From the NCBI RefSeq assembly GCF_006345805.1, contig NC_042997.1, positions 39,680,001 through 39,744,000 of the forward strand: a stretch of 64,000 nt of DNA. The letters run 5' to 3'. Each line of letters begins with the position of its first letter. Within the stretch, counting starts at the first letter, position 1. Origin of the DNA: Octopus sinensis. Its lineage: Eukaryota. Positions 13,112 through 25,437 of the stretch are shown in pieces. The notes under the pieces are model-generated. The model was not told the origin of the DNA, made no database searches, and saw only the letters and a program-made list of their open reading frames with translations. The translations under genes were made by a program, and so were the position numbers.

Positions 13112-13335
13112 ATTAAAATTGGGGAAGGCCGGTTTATGCGATTACCTTAGTTTTCCCATCCATAAAGGGTTTAGCCTTATGGCATATCATCAGATCCCAT
13201 CAAATCCTTGACCTCTTAAAAATATTTTTAAGAGATCATGGGCCGACAGGTCTTTGGAAACTGACAATAAAGCTAAACCCTTTATGGATGGGAAAACTAA
13301 GGTAATCGCATAAAGCAGCCTTCCCCATTTTTAAT
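13112..13335. repeat. Inverted-repeat mini-element (~65-bp arms) with inner hairpin
   Basis: attaaaattggggaaggc..aaagggtttagc pairs with gctaaaccctttat..ccttccccatttttaat; inner palindrome ctcttaaaaatatttttaagag. Confidence 0.85.
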
Positions 13336-13442
13336 ATATACTGCTCTACATCTTAGAGTATGCTTCTTCTTTTGGATTTATGTTTTTTACAAAAGATATA
13401 TATATATACATGTATATATAATGTATATATATATATGTATAT

Positions 13443-13483
<41 letters not shown>

Positions 13484-13709
13484 TAATATAGGGGTAAATA
13501 ATTATTAAATTTAAAATTAACAATTATTACCAAGTAGTTTCGGTATGGAAATAGAACCATTATCGGTAGGAACTTTTACAAAAATCTCTTTATATATATA
13601 TATACATAAATAAACAAGTTGCTTAGCCACATACCGAAAATTTAGAAATAGCAGTCAAAGACCGCTTATTCCTATTTTCTACAAATATAGCACCACATAT
13701 AACATTTAC

Positions 13710-13886
13710 TTGTATTTCAAAGGGCCAGCCTTGTCACACTTTGTGTCATGCTGAACATAACAGAGAACTACGTTAAGGGTACACGTGTCTGTGGAGTGCT
13801 GAGCCTCTTGCACGTTAATTTCACGAGCAAGCTGTTCCGTTGATTGGATCAGCTGGGACCCTTGTCATCATAACTGAAGGAGTGCT
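13710..13886 (+). mobile_element. 3' fragment of SINE family B
   Basis: Matches 16920-17097. Confidence 0.8.
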
Positions 13887-13892
13887 CCTTTC

Positions 13893-13930
<38 letters not shown>

Positions 13931-15000
13931 AAATATACATAGTGAGAGGGAAACAGGGGGGAGAAAGAGGGAGAGAAAGAGAGTGCTGAATCTCTTATCT
14001 GGTTTCCAGAAATCCAGGAATACCATGCAATATGCAGTACACTGTATTGAGTAAACCAACCCTGTTTTTGAAATTTGTTAATTTATGAAGTGGATTGATT
14101 GAAATTAAACATTCTCCGGTTTAGAATAGCATTGAATTGTACCTGTATCTGTTAAATAAAATCATGTTCTTTACTTTTGTTCATTCAGTTTTCTAATTTT
14201 CAGCCTATAAATATTAGACATGGTATACAATGTAATCAGATGTGTATTTTATCGGCCCTTTTTTTTTCACATACAGGACATAAAAATTTCTTCAAGATGA
14301 CGTACATGCCATTTTTTTTCTTGCATTGATAAAAAGACAAAAAGTTTCGAAAGTGTATAATGAATGGGTGTAGATGAGTGAATTAATTCTCGGTATTATA
14401 AATCCCTCATTTTGTGGTTCTGAAGGGACCAGCAGATTTGAACTCAGAACGAAAACAAAGTTTTATCATAGTATTTCTGCATTATTTCTGTTCACAAATC
14501 TTGGCTGCATATCGCCGCTTAGATCGACCTTAGTACTTGACTGATAAAGCGTAAGATTAACTCCATCAAGATTTGGACTTCAAACGCAAAAAGGTTATTA
14601 AGAACTGCAAAGCAATTTGTATGAGATACCAAATAATAAAATAGTAATTGCAACAGAGGTTGATTATAGTAAGTTACTTCCCTTAAGTGATAACATTTTT
14701 CAGAGTCACTTCCCTTGCATTATTGTTAGAAGAGTATATTTTATTACAAGTTTTACATGGACGTTTGAATTAATTATACCACTGAGGAAAAAAAACATGT
14801 ATGAAAGATGGAGCAAAACAAAAATTAGAAAACTTCTTTGAATTCCGGTAGATCTTATAGATAGAATATCTGAAAATAAATTACATCGTCAGCCTTGATA
14901 ACCTTTTAAAAATCTTTTTGAAAATGTCCTGCTTCTGAGATTGGTGATCTTTTTACTGGAACAAAGGTTTCTGAATAGTTCCTTTAAGAACATAAAGATC

Positions 15001-15256
15001 ATCATCATCATCATCATCATCATCGTTTAGCGTCCGCTTTCCATGCTAGCATGGGTTGGACGGTTCTACTGGGGTGTGTGAAGCCAGAAGGCTTCATCAG
15101 GCCCAGTCTGATCTGGCAGTGTTTCTACGGCTGGATGCCCTTCCTAACGCCAACCACTCCGAGAGTGTAGTGGGTGCTTTTTATGTGCCACCCACACAGG
15201 AGCCAGACGGAGCTGGCAAACGGCCACGGACGGATGGTGCTTTTTACGTGCCACTC
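15001..15256 (-). mobile_element. RTE 3' UTR fragment
   Basis: (CAT)n followed by reverse complement of conserved 3' block. Confidence 0.85.
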
Positions 15257-15519
15257 CATAAACTTGTTTGAATATTAAAATATTGCACAAAAGAATATGG
15301 TCTTTTATTTTGTTCAATGTCTGCTATGATTTTTACATAGATAGATCTGACTGAGATTAATGGAGGATTAAAGTTTTAGTTTATCTCTTGAATCTTCTCA
15401 TTAATTTTTCCATCTCTGATTAATTATACTTTTACCAAATGAGTCAACTTGTGAAAGATCTGGAACAATCTATATTTTCTATTTCCTTCTTTTGCTAATT
15501 CATCTGCTTTCTTACTTCC

Positions 15520-15765
15520 CTTGATATCTTCCCAGTTGTTGACTGCCATGACACTGCATCCTTTAAGGCCCTCATGCTTTCCGAAATCTGCCGAAACTAC
15601 ACCTGACTGTCCCCCTTCCATACTCATACACATATGTGTATGTCATGACTCATGCACTGTTCTTTTCCTGATGCTTGTACATTACCCTATGTACTGTACA
15701 TATACTTTAGATGAGTTGTAGTGCACCTGAGCACCGTACACAATGTTTCATTATTATTATTATTA

Positions 15766-15807
<42 letters not shown>

Positions 15808-15808
15808 C
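15520..15808 (+). mobile_element. CR1-like 3' end with (ATT)n tail
   Basis: Reverse-complement similarity to 24310-24620 and 43705-44058. Confidence 0.65.
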
Positions 15809-16304
15809 AGTATGGTTAACTATCCAAATTATTGTTACTTGTTTACTAGTTTTCACTAAATAATTATCTATTTTTAGAACACTCTTACATATTTTTTTTC
15901 CTTCTTAATTTGATTTCTTTTTTTCATGGTTGAAATATTTCTAGGTTCAATAGTCCATTAATAAATAGAAAAACCTAGTGTTACAACTAAGGGTAATACT
16001 CCTATGTGCTTTGACTGATGCCTGTGTCACATAACCGGCTCATTTAAAAGTACCCTTCAATTGTCAGGCAATAGGCTATGCTTGAGAAAGCCTGTTGAGT
16101 CAAGAGAAGCCTGTTTAAAAGTACTCAGCAATTATCGGGCAATATGTTGTGCTTAAGGAGACCTGTTGAGTCAAGTGAAATCTTATAGTGGCCAATGCTA
16201 GTGTTGCCTGACTGGCACCTGTGCCTTTGGGATGTAGAAAGCACCATTTGAGCATGGCCAATAGCAATGCTGGTGGCAGTTAAAAATCACCATTTAAATG
16301 TGTA

Positions 16305-16535
16305 TTTCTTTACTACCCACAAGGGGCTAAACACAGAGAGGACTAACAAGGACAGAAAAACGGATTAAGTCGATTATATCGACCCCCAGTGGGTAACTGG
16401 TACTTCATTTATCGACCCCGAAAAGATGAAAGGCAAAGTCAACCTTGGCAGAATTTGAACTCAGAACGTAAAGGCAGACGAAATACGGCTATGCATTTCG
16501 CCGGGTGTGCTAACGTTTCTGCCAGCTTGCCGCCT
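16305..16535 (-). mobile_element. tRNA-derived SINE family C (Nin-domain-like core)
   Basis: Minus strand ggcggcaagctggcagaaacgttagc..gttcaaattctgcc..gactttgcctttcatc..ggggtcgataaatgaagtaccag. Confidence 0.8.
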
Positions 16536-16717
16536 TTAAATGTGGTCGATACCAGTGCCACCAGACTGACCCCCCCATTCCGGTGGAATGTAAAAAGCAC
16601 CCACTACACTCTTGGAGTGGCTGGTGTTAGTCAGTATTGCTTTTGAATGTATTTTGAATCTAAGTATTACAGTTCTCAAAACTGGTGCAATTGCTGTGTG
16701 AAATAGTTTCTCCAGAA

Positions 16718-17109
16718 GTGGAGGCACAATGGCCCAGTGGTTAGGGCAGCGGACTCGCGGTCATAGGATCGCGGTTTCGATTCCCAGACCGGGCGTTGTG
16801 AGTGTTTATTGAGCGAAAACACCTAAAGCTCCACGAGGCTCCGGCAGGGATGGTGGTGATCCCTGCTGTACTCTTTCACCACAACTTTCTCTCACTCTTA
16901 CTTCCTGTTTCTGTTGTACCTGTATTTCAAAGGGCCGGCCTTGTCACTCTCTGTGTCACGCTGAATATCCCCGAGAACTACGTTAAGGGTACACATTGTC
17001 TGGGGAGTGCTCAGCCACTTACACGTTAATTTCACGAGCAGGCTGTTCCGTTGATCAGATCAACCGGAACCCTCGTCGTCGTAACCGACGGAGTGCTTCC
17101 CTTTCAAAA
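16718..17109 (+). mobile_element. tRNA-derived SINE family B, full length
   Basis: tRNA-like head ggaggcacaatggcccagtggttagggcagcggactcgcggtc..gtttcgattccc; 13-bp TSD agtttctccagaa (16705-16717 / 17110-17122). Confidence 0.9.
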
Positions 17110-17268
17110 AGTTTCTCCAGAAACGAGTAGATACAGTGAAGAAGCTGAAGTGAATGGATTGCAATTATAACAACAAAATAAATAAAAAGACAATGAAAAT
17201 CCATGCAAAAACAATAAAGTCTGTAATCAAAATCAGACACAGACTTATGTAGATCAAAGACAACTTAC

Positions 17269-17363
17269 CAGTCTGACTCTCCTCATTATTCTAGTGATAG
17301 ACTAGGTGGTATCCAGATTGAACCTAATGTAGATGCCAAAGCAATATTCGAGACACATCAAAG
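17269..17363 (-). other. Candidate 95-nt spliced exon of an unidentified minus-strand transcript
   Basis: Acceptor aatttcttctctttcag| and donor ctg|gtaagt; all three frames contain a stop; an internal ATG gives MRRVRL up to the donor. Confidence 0.4.
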
Positions 17364-17472
17364 CTGAAAGAGAAGAAATTACACAGATTAGAAACAGTTC
17401 TTTCAATATTTCACTAATGACTTATCATCATTATTATTTTTTTTTAGTTTCAGTGTATCTTATAATCTTTAA

Positions 17473-17694
17473 CACTTTAGTGTTCGCATTATTCTGCCAA
17501 AATTAATCCTTTTTTATCCACATTGCTTTGAACTAATCATGCGTTAATCTTGTAGCTATGAGATTTTGATGAGGTAGCTGTTAATTTTTAAAACGATATT
17601 GTAGGGCTGGTGTGAGAGACCAGATCTGGCCAGTTTGAACATAAAACAGGCAGAATACTTCAGGCTGGATATGGCCGGTTTAAATGCTAAAGGG
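17473..17694. mobile_element. piggyBac-like MITE
   Basis: TTAA on both sides; termini cactttag / ctaaaggg; related copy at 41880-42402. Confidence 0.75.
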
Positions 17695-17959
17695 TTAAAG
17701 GAATGCTGTCTTATGGAAAATTCAATAGATTATCTATAATCTGTAAAAGTAAACAAGATTAATTTAAATTAGTTTTTATGGAAAACTTGCACTTAATTCA
17801 ACTTGTATATTAATTTGCTTGTATATTTATAAACATGTATTAAGATTTTTGTATATATTCTATGTATGTGTGTGTATGTGTATGTGTGTGTATACGTGTA
17901 TATCCATATCTGTCTATCTATCTATCAACATTCATCCCCCCAACCCTCATTTACATATT

Positions 17960-18160
17960 TTACTCTTTTACTCTTTTATTTGTTTCAGTCATTTGACACC
18001 GGCCATGCTGGGGCACCACCTTTAGTTGAGCAAATCGACCCCAGGACTTTATTTTCTTAAGCTTAGTACTAATTCTATTGGTCTCTTTTGCTGAACCACT
18101 AAGTTATGGGGACATTAACACATGAACATAAGTTGACAAGTGGTGGAGGGGTACAAAGAC
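17960..18160 (-). mobile_element. SINE family A, 3' half
   Basis: Reverse complement of the 11040-11228 segment. Confidence 0.8.
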
Positions 18161-18237
18161 ACACACAAAGACACACACACACACATAAACACATACATAC
18201 ATATGTACATAAATATATATATATATATATATATATA

Positions 18238-18800
18238 CTGGCACTTGTGCTGGTGGCATGTGAAAAAACATTCGAGTGAGGTCGTTGCCAGTACCACCTG
18301 ACTGGCCCTCATGCTGGTGGCATGTAACAGCACCCACTACACTCTCAGAGTGGTTGGCATTAGGAAGGCCCAGTCTGATCTGGCAGTGTTTCTATAGCTG
18401 GATGCCCTTCCTAACGCCAACCACTCCGTGAGTGTAGTGGGTGCTTTTTACGTGCCACCGGCACAGGTGCCAGCCGAGGTTGGCAATGGCCATGATCGAT
18501 TGGGGATTTTTATGTGCCACCAGCATGGAGGCCAGTCGGGGCGGCGCTGGCAATGGCCACATTCGGATGGTTCTCTTACGTGCCACCGGCACTGGTATCA
18601 CAACTACAATTTCCATTGATTTTGATCGATTTCGATTTCACTTGCCTCAACAGGTCTTCACAAGTAGAATTTTGTGTCCCAAGAAGGAAAGGTATGCATA
18701 AGTGGACTGGCTACATCCCAGGTAGAGGCCATGGGTTATGGTCTCACTTGTCCTGCCGAGTCTTCTCACGCCCAGCATACTTCCAAAGGTCTTGGTCACT
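18238..18800. mobile_element. Two RTE 3' fragments fused in inverted orientation (+ 18238-18367, - 18368-18800)
   Basis: Minus copy begins with ORF end DQDLWKYAGREKTRQDK*, linking this abundant repeat to an RTE LINE. Confidence 0.8.
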
Positions 18801-18888
18801 AGTCAAGGTATCTCCATGTATATATATTTATATCAAATTATAAGGTCCACCTTTTCAACCCTATTGAAGTGGTTTGAGTTAATATTGA

Positions 18889-19090
18889 TTTCAAATTTTG
18901 GCACAAGTCCAGTAATTTGGGGGGAAGTGGGAAGTTGATTATATTGACCCCAAGTGTTCAAGTGGTACTTATTTTATTGACCCAAAAAGGATGAAAGGCA
19001 AAGTTGACCTTGGCAAAATTTGAAAGACGGAGGAAATTCCACAAAACATTTTGTCCAGCATGCTAATGAATCTACTAGCTCACTGCTTTA
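18889..19090 (-). mobile_element. SINE family C
   Basis: Family core; flanking direct repeat gtttgagttaatattga (18872-18888 / 19091-19107). Confidence 0.75.
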
Positions 19091-19354
19091 GTTTGAGTTA
19101 ATATTGAGACTAAGAATAAATGTAGAATTATTAGTTTCGGTACACTCAAAATTACTATACTTCTGAAAAGTTGTAAATGCCATAATTGTATTAATACAAT
19201 CGTTGGTAACTAATTTCCTGAGTTATTTGGAAGTAGAAGAAGATGCCTTGCAGTATTTATTCCAGTTCTCTGGTCTCAGTTTAAATGCTACCAAAATTAG
19301 CTTTGCCTTTTACCCTTATGGAGTTTGTTAAAATAAACTATTGGTTCAGATTTC

Positions 19355-19571
19355 ACTCTTTTACTCTTTACTCTTTTACTTGTTTCAGTCATTTGACTGC
19401 GGCCATGCTGGAGCACCGCCTTTTAGTCAAGTAAATCAACCCCAGGTCTTATTCTTTGTAAGCCTAGTACTTATTCTCTCTGTCTCTTTTGCCGAACCGC
19501 TAAGTTATGGGGATGTAAACACACCAGCATCGGTTGTCAAGCGATGTTGGAGGGACGAACACAGACACACA

Positions 19572-19606
<35 letters not shown>

Positions 19607-19768
19607 GACGGGCTTCTTTCAGTTTCCGTCTACCAAATCCACTCACAAGGCTTTGGTCGGCCCGAGCCTATAGTAGAAGACACTTGCCCAAGGTGCCATG
19701 CAGTGGGAATGAACCCAGAACCATGTGGTTGGTAAGCAAGCTACTTACCACACAGCCACTCCTGCGCC
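19355..19768 (-). mobile_element. SINE family A, full length
   Basis: Reverse complement of 10807-11228. Confidence 0.9.
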
Positions 19769-20149
19769 TAATGGATTAATGGAACTGTTTGATAATTGGG
19801 TCGATTGTCTTGAAATACTCATTCAGTTCTTTTCATTCTGAGTAGATTTAATCTGTTGCCTCATTTAATATGCCCATCTGGTCCCTGAGTTTCTTAAGTT
19901 AAGTTCACATTGTCATAAATACTTGAGTCAAATCTCCAGTTTGAGGAAAGCTTTCTTCCTTTCTCTCATCAGTCTTGGAGGCCCTGTGAAAACAGTCAGA
20001 AGTTTCCCATCATGACTAACCAGTTAAAAAAGAAAAAAAGGCCCACCTAAATTATGTATACTTAAAAGTTGATGTCCAGATAAATAACAATTTCTGATTT
20101 AAGCACAAAGTCAAAAGGTTTGAGGGAAACAAGTTAGTCCTTTATATTA

Positions 20150-20460
20150 GTTTCAAATTTTGGCACAAAGCCAGCAAGTTTGGGGGAGAGATTAAGTCAA
20201 TTACATTGACCCCAGTGCTTGACTGGTACTTATTTAATCAACACCAAAAGGAGTCGACCTCATGAGAATTTGAACTTAGAACATGAAGACGGATAAAATT
20301 CTGCAAAGTATTCTGCCCAGGGTGCTAAAGATTCTGCGACTTCACTGCATTAAGTTAATCTATATTAACCCCAGTACTTGATAGGTACTTCATTTTATTG
20401 ACCCTGGAGGGATTGAAAGGCAAAGTGACCTCACTGAGATTTGAAATGAAAAGCTAAAGA
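20150..20460 (-). mobile_element. Decayed SINE family C copies
   Basis: Two gaccccagt..gtactt..aaggcaaag cores. Confidence 0.65.
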
Positions 20461-20547
20461 ACTGGGAGAAACAATTTGAAGTATTTTCTCCAACATTGTA
20501 CTGGTTTCTATTAATTTCCTGCCTCTGTTCTGTTAAATAATAATTCT

Positions 20548-20830
20548 GTGCCAGCGGTGCCTTGGCTGGCTTCCGTGCCGGTGGCATGTTAAAAGCACCA
20601 ACCAATCGTGGCCGATGCCAGACTCCCCTGGCCCCTGTGCAGGTGGCACGTAAAAAGCACCCACTACACTCGCGGAGTGGTTGGTGTTAGGAAGGGCATC
20701 CAGCTGTAGAAGCACTGCCAGATCAGACTGGAGCCTGGTGCAGCCCCTGGCTTCCCAGACCCCGGTCGAACTGTCCAACCCATGCTAGCACGGAAAACGG
20801 ATTTTAAACGATGATGATGATGATGATGAT
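20548..20830 (+). mobile_element. RTE 3' UTR fragment
   Basis: Family match with (GAT)n tail. Confidence 0.85.
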
Positions 20831-21088
20831 AATGGTAATGCTGCTGTTGAATAAATTTTAAAGAATTTATTGGTGCAGACTTTATATAGCTGGATGCCAT
20901 TCTTGTGACTGACTCACATTTGTTTCTAAGCAAGGAAATATTTCCCCCTTTGTCGGACACATTTCCATGGAAGATTCCAAACGAACAACACTACCTATTA
21001 TGACAGCAACGTTCCTTTACAACCATCACATGATGTCAAGACAAGGAGAGGCAAAAATGCTCATGCACACACACACATGCATACACGT

Positions 21089-21168
<80 letters not shown>

Positions 21169-21528
21169 ATTCTCTCATTTTTACATCTGTTTTCCTATGC
21201 CAGCATGAGTTACAGTAATATATTATTGTGGAATTATTTTAGTGACATGGAATTAGGGGCACAAAATCATTGTAGATGCTTTCCTGTCACTAACCCTCTT
21301 ACTGGTTTAAGGAAATGACAGCAATATATATAACTAACTTAAGCCACACTGTGCAAACGTTTAAGCTAGCTCCTGTAGTGGGCTAACTGGGCCTGTGGCC
21401 CCAAACTAGAGAAAGCAATAATAATAAGGCCTTTATTGGTACCCTACCAACATGGTATTACTTTAAATTCATTTTAAATGAAAAATTTGTAAGTTCACAA
21501 ATTTTTGGAGTTCTTTTAAAATTTGAAT

Positions 21529-21911
21529 GCAGGAGTGGCTGTGTGGTAAGTAGCTTGTTTACCAACCACATGGTTCCGGGTTCAGTCCTACTGCATGGCA
21601 CCTTAGGCAAGTGTCTTCTACTATAGCCGCGGGCCGACCAAAGCTTTGTGAGTGAATTTGGTAGACGGAAACTGAAAGAAGCCCGTCGTATATATGTATA
21701 TATATATATGTATGTGTGTGTATATGTTTGTGTGTGTGTGTTTGTCCCCCCAACATCACTTGACAACTGATGCTGGTGTGTTTACGTCCCCATAACTTAG
21801 CGGTTCGGCAAAAGAGACCAATAGAATAAGTACTTGGCTGGGGTCGATTTGTTCAACTAAAGGCGGTGCTCCAGCATGGCTGCAGTCAAATGACTGAAAC
21901 AAGTAAAAGAG
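21529..21911 (+). mobile_element. SINE family A
   Basis: Family match. Confidence 0.9.
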
Positions 21912-22114
21912 AAACTGTTAACGTATAACAAATCCTCATCCAAACCTGATCCCAATGCTGGGTGTTCAAGAACCAAATGAAGGACAGATTGTCAATCCTG
22001 GGATCATCCTGCTTCAAAAAAGATATAATATGTCTATGTAGAACAAATGCAGACTGAGATACAAAGGTCCTGGACAGCTAGACAGACAGAATTTTGCATT
22101 TACCATTACAGATA

Positions 22115-22424
22115 TCTTTATATATAAAACTGAAGTTGTGTGTGAGACTCTGTCTCCTCCGATTTAGATTCCTAACTACTCCCACATTTTGCGGTGCAGT
22201 TTAACCAAAAGCGTGTATCATCTTATAGTCGTGATTCATATTGAGCCCTTCTGGGTATTAGCGCACGTCTACGATGAGTCTACGACTTTAAAAAAAATTT
22301 ACCATCATTTTTCCGCAGTTTCAATGCATTTTTTGCTCAGTTTATATAAGGGAAGTAACTCTCTAAAAATGCTTATATAGTTATTTCCCTTACAAACCCG
22401 AGCAACGCTGGGCGATACTTCTAG
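22115..22424 (+). mobile_element. Non-autonomous Helitron
   Basis: A|TCtttatatata..cccgagcaacgctggg..CTAG|T. Confidence 0.85.
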
Positions 22425-22914
22425 TATACACTAAGAAGAACATAAATGTAAAACAAGGTGGGGAAAAAAATAGTTCTCGAATACTGTACTGTAAGATACT
22501 TTTATTAAAGCCCAAAAAATTTCCACACACTGTTACTCAGAGTTTTACATTACTGTTCAAGTAGCGCATCCCACTCAAAAGGTCCCTGAATAAGTTTTGT
22601 TTTAGGTTGTTGAATGAAACACCCAAGTTTCCAAAGGTGAATTATCTAAACCCCAAAGAATCCCTCTCAACACATGGCTATGATGCTTCCCCACAACTTC
22701 TTCTCGTGATCAGAGAAGCACATATCGTCAGCCACTAAGGAGACATGGTCAACTGGTTAAGGTCAAACAACTGACAAGCAAATCCGTGGTATTGAGCAGA
22801 ATATTTGCTGTAACCCATTTTTTATCCCAAGACAAAACAATGTACATGATAACACTTCTAATTATTTAAGATCAGAAGCCACGAGAGCCACTGCCTGGTA
22901 CTGCATCAGGGCAT

Positions 22915-22921
22915 ATTATTG

Positions 22922-22984
<63 letters not shown>

Positions 22985-23021
22985 TTACTACTACTACTGT
23001 TGTTGTTGCTGTTATTGTTGC

Positions 23022-23096
<75 letters not shown>

Positions 23097-23122
23097 CATC
23101 ATCATTATCATCATTATTATTA
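22915..23122. repeat. (CTA)n(GTT)n(ATT)n trinucleotide microsatellite
   Basis: Direct reading. Confidence 0.95.
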
Positions 23123-23449
23123 TTCATAGTAGAAATATTAATAATAATAGTGATTTTTAATATCAAATAATTGACTTCAGAACAATAAATTCATTAAAAT
23201 GTCTTTGAAAGCAGAGATGCCTTCCTTTTCCCTGTTGATAATATAATATGTAAAAGACAGCAGGTATCATAAATACTTTCTTTGAAAGTGATGTTTCCAT
23301 AGTGAAGGATATTTATTCCTGAGTTTTGGAATAATGTATTCTAATAACACTGGGAGACACCGACAAAATTGAAATTGAAAAAGCAATAAACAAAAATTGA
23401 AAAAGCTTTTAAATAATGAGACTGTTCTCAAAGCTGAACAAGACCAAAA

Positions 23450-23480
<31 letters not shown>

Positions 23481-23760
23481 TTTTCTCTCACACACAAACA
23501 CACATATACAAACACAAACACATACACAAACATAAATACACACACGCATACATAAACACACACTCAGTGAGTCCATGCAAATATTCCAAGAGTCCAAGAA
23601 GTTTCTGTGTGAGAATTTGGTTTGAGTAGACAACATTTTTCACTGCACTGAACCAATTTTTCAACACAATCGGCTATAACAACCATGGCACAACAAAGGT
23701 TCAGACAACCACAAACCAACTGCACTTCAGGTTTTTTTATATGAGTTTGCCTTCACCTAG

Positions 23761-24074
23761 GAGGTGCAATGGCCCAGTGGTTAGGGCAGTGGGCTCATGG
23801 TCGGAGGATCGCAGTTTCGATTCCCAGACTGGGCGTTGTGTGTGTTTATTGAGCGAAAACACCTAAAAGCTCCGCGAGGCTCCGACAGTGGGTGGTGGTG
23901 ACCCCTGTTGTACTCTTTCGCCACAACTTTCTCTCACTCTCTCTTCCTGTTTCTTGAGTAATGTTGTGATGGATTGGCATCCCATCCAGCTGGGGGGAAC
24001 ACATACACCACAGAAACCGGGAAACCGGGCCCATGAGCCTGGCTAGGCTTGAAAAGGGTGAAAAAGGAAGAAAT
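23761..24074 (+). mobile_element. SINE with family-B head and alternative 3' tail
   Basis: Head as 16718 copy, tail as 4994 copy; 10-bp TSD cttcacctag (23751-23760 / 24075-24084). Confidence 0.85.
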
Positions 24075-24309
24075 CTTCACCTAGAAGGAAGTTCTAACAA
24101 GGGACCTTTACGGTGATTCATATTCTAGCTAACCCATAACTGAGACCCTAACAGGTGCTACTATCCTGAGTCAGAGTAGACCTGGGGACAATAATGGCTA
24201 AGCAGTGGTTCTACACTCCTCAAAACTTTGGAACTCCCTTACCAGAACCTGACTACTGGATGCAGTTTACAATCATACCCAGGACAGATGAACACATACA
24301 CACACATAT

Positions 24310-24620
24310 AATAATAATAAAATTATTGTGTATAGTGCTCAGGTGCACTACAACTCATCAAAGATGCATGTACAGTATACAGAATTATGTACAAAAGTCA
24401 GGAAAGTGAACAGTGTATGAGTCATGATATACATGTGTACATGCATATGGAGGGGAAGATATCAGGTGTGGTGTTGGTGAATTTCAGGAAGCATGGAGGT
24501 TTTAAAGGATGTACTGTCTCAGCAGCTAACAACTGATGCTGGTAGTTTGTTCTATGCTTCAGTAACTCTGAGTGTGAAAAAATGTTTCCAAAAGTCATGA
24601 GAGCTGTGCTGTTTTTTGCG
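24310..24620 (-). mobile_element. Decayed CR1 3' end
   Basis: Minus translation HSSHDFWKHFFTLRVTEA*NKLPASVVSC*DSTSFK. Confidence 0.75.
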
Positions 24621-24739
24621 AACTTGTATGAAAACCTAGTTGGTCTCTGGTTGTCTCAACTTCTGTGTGTGCCACAGGTGTTATAGCTGATTGTGCTGAA
24701 AAATGGGTTCAGTGCAGTGCAACACTACTACTCACCTTG

Positions 24740-24965
24740 TACTTTGAGGTGCCGCCAGGACACCTCATCATGGCTATCACTCTGGAGATATCATTATTTC
24801 ATTCTCATTCTCTCTCCTAAATGTGAATAGCCATGTAGCTCTTCCACAACTTGAATGTGATTTACCCCAACCTCTTCTCTCATACCTTGATCCCCATCTG
24901 ACATATGGACACACCTGCTCCATTCCTTGGGCTTTGTAGATATTGTGAGCTGCATGGCAACTTTG
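24740..24965 (-). mobile_element. Highly decayed RTE ORF remnant
   Basis: MREEVGVNHIQVVEELHGYSHLGERM resembles the RTE C-terminal LRWYGHxxRM region. Confidence 0.45.
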
Positions 24966-25331
24966 AGAGTACATACTACTGAGCATCTAGTATACACTGC
25001 AAAGTAGTTGGCGTTGGCAAGATATCCAGCCAAAGGTACCAAACCAGAGCAGCCACAGGAACATGAAGCAGTCCTTGGACCCATTCAGATCCTTTCAAAC
25101 CATTCAACCCATGCCAGCATGCAACATGCACGTTAAACAGTGGTGGTGATGTTGACAATGGTGATGATGATAATGATGATGATGATATGAATGATGGCTG
25201 TCCACTTACGATCGAGGAAGACCATCACTGACCATTGCCCATGCAAAATGCCAGCAACACCCGTGCATAAGGTTATTGCACTGGATTCCATGTTACCAGC
25301 TGCTCTCATGAGCAATCTTACAAGTGACGTG

Positions 25332-25371
<40 letters not shown>

Positions 25372-25437
25372 TGGAGTAAGCACATAAATGTGAAACAAGG
25401 CAGAAAAAAGAGTACCCAAATACCAGAGGTAGAGTAA

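Noticed and set aside
13527-13568. CCGAUAA..GAAAC..GUA hammerhead-like motif on minus strand
   Set aside because: Two core mismatches and no convincing stem I; possibly a remnant but unsupported
16720-16792. tRNA-like sequence
   Set aside because: Head of a SINE with body, tail and TSD; not a tRNA gene
19940-19974. CUGAUGA followed by a stem on minus strand
   Set aside because: No GAAA box or stem III; likely chance
22561-22913. Possible HDV-like ribozyme or element terminus abutting the (TAA)n tract
   Set aside because: Could not build the P1/P3/P1.1 pseudoknot by eye, and no second copy in the window defines it
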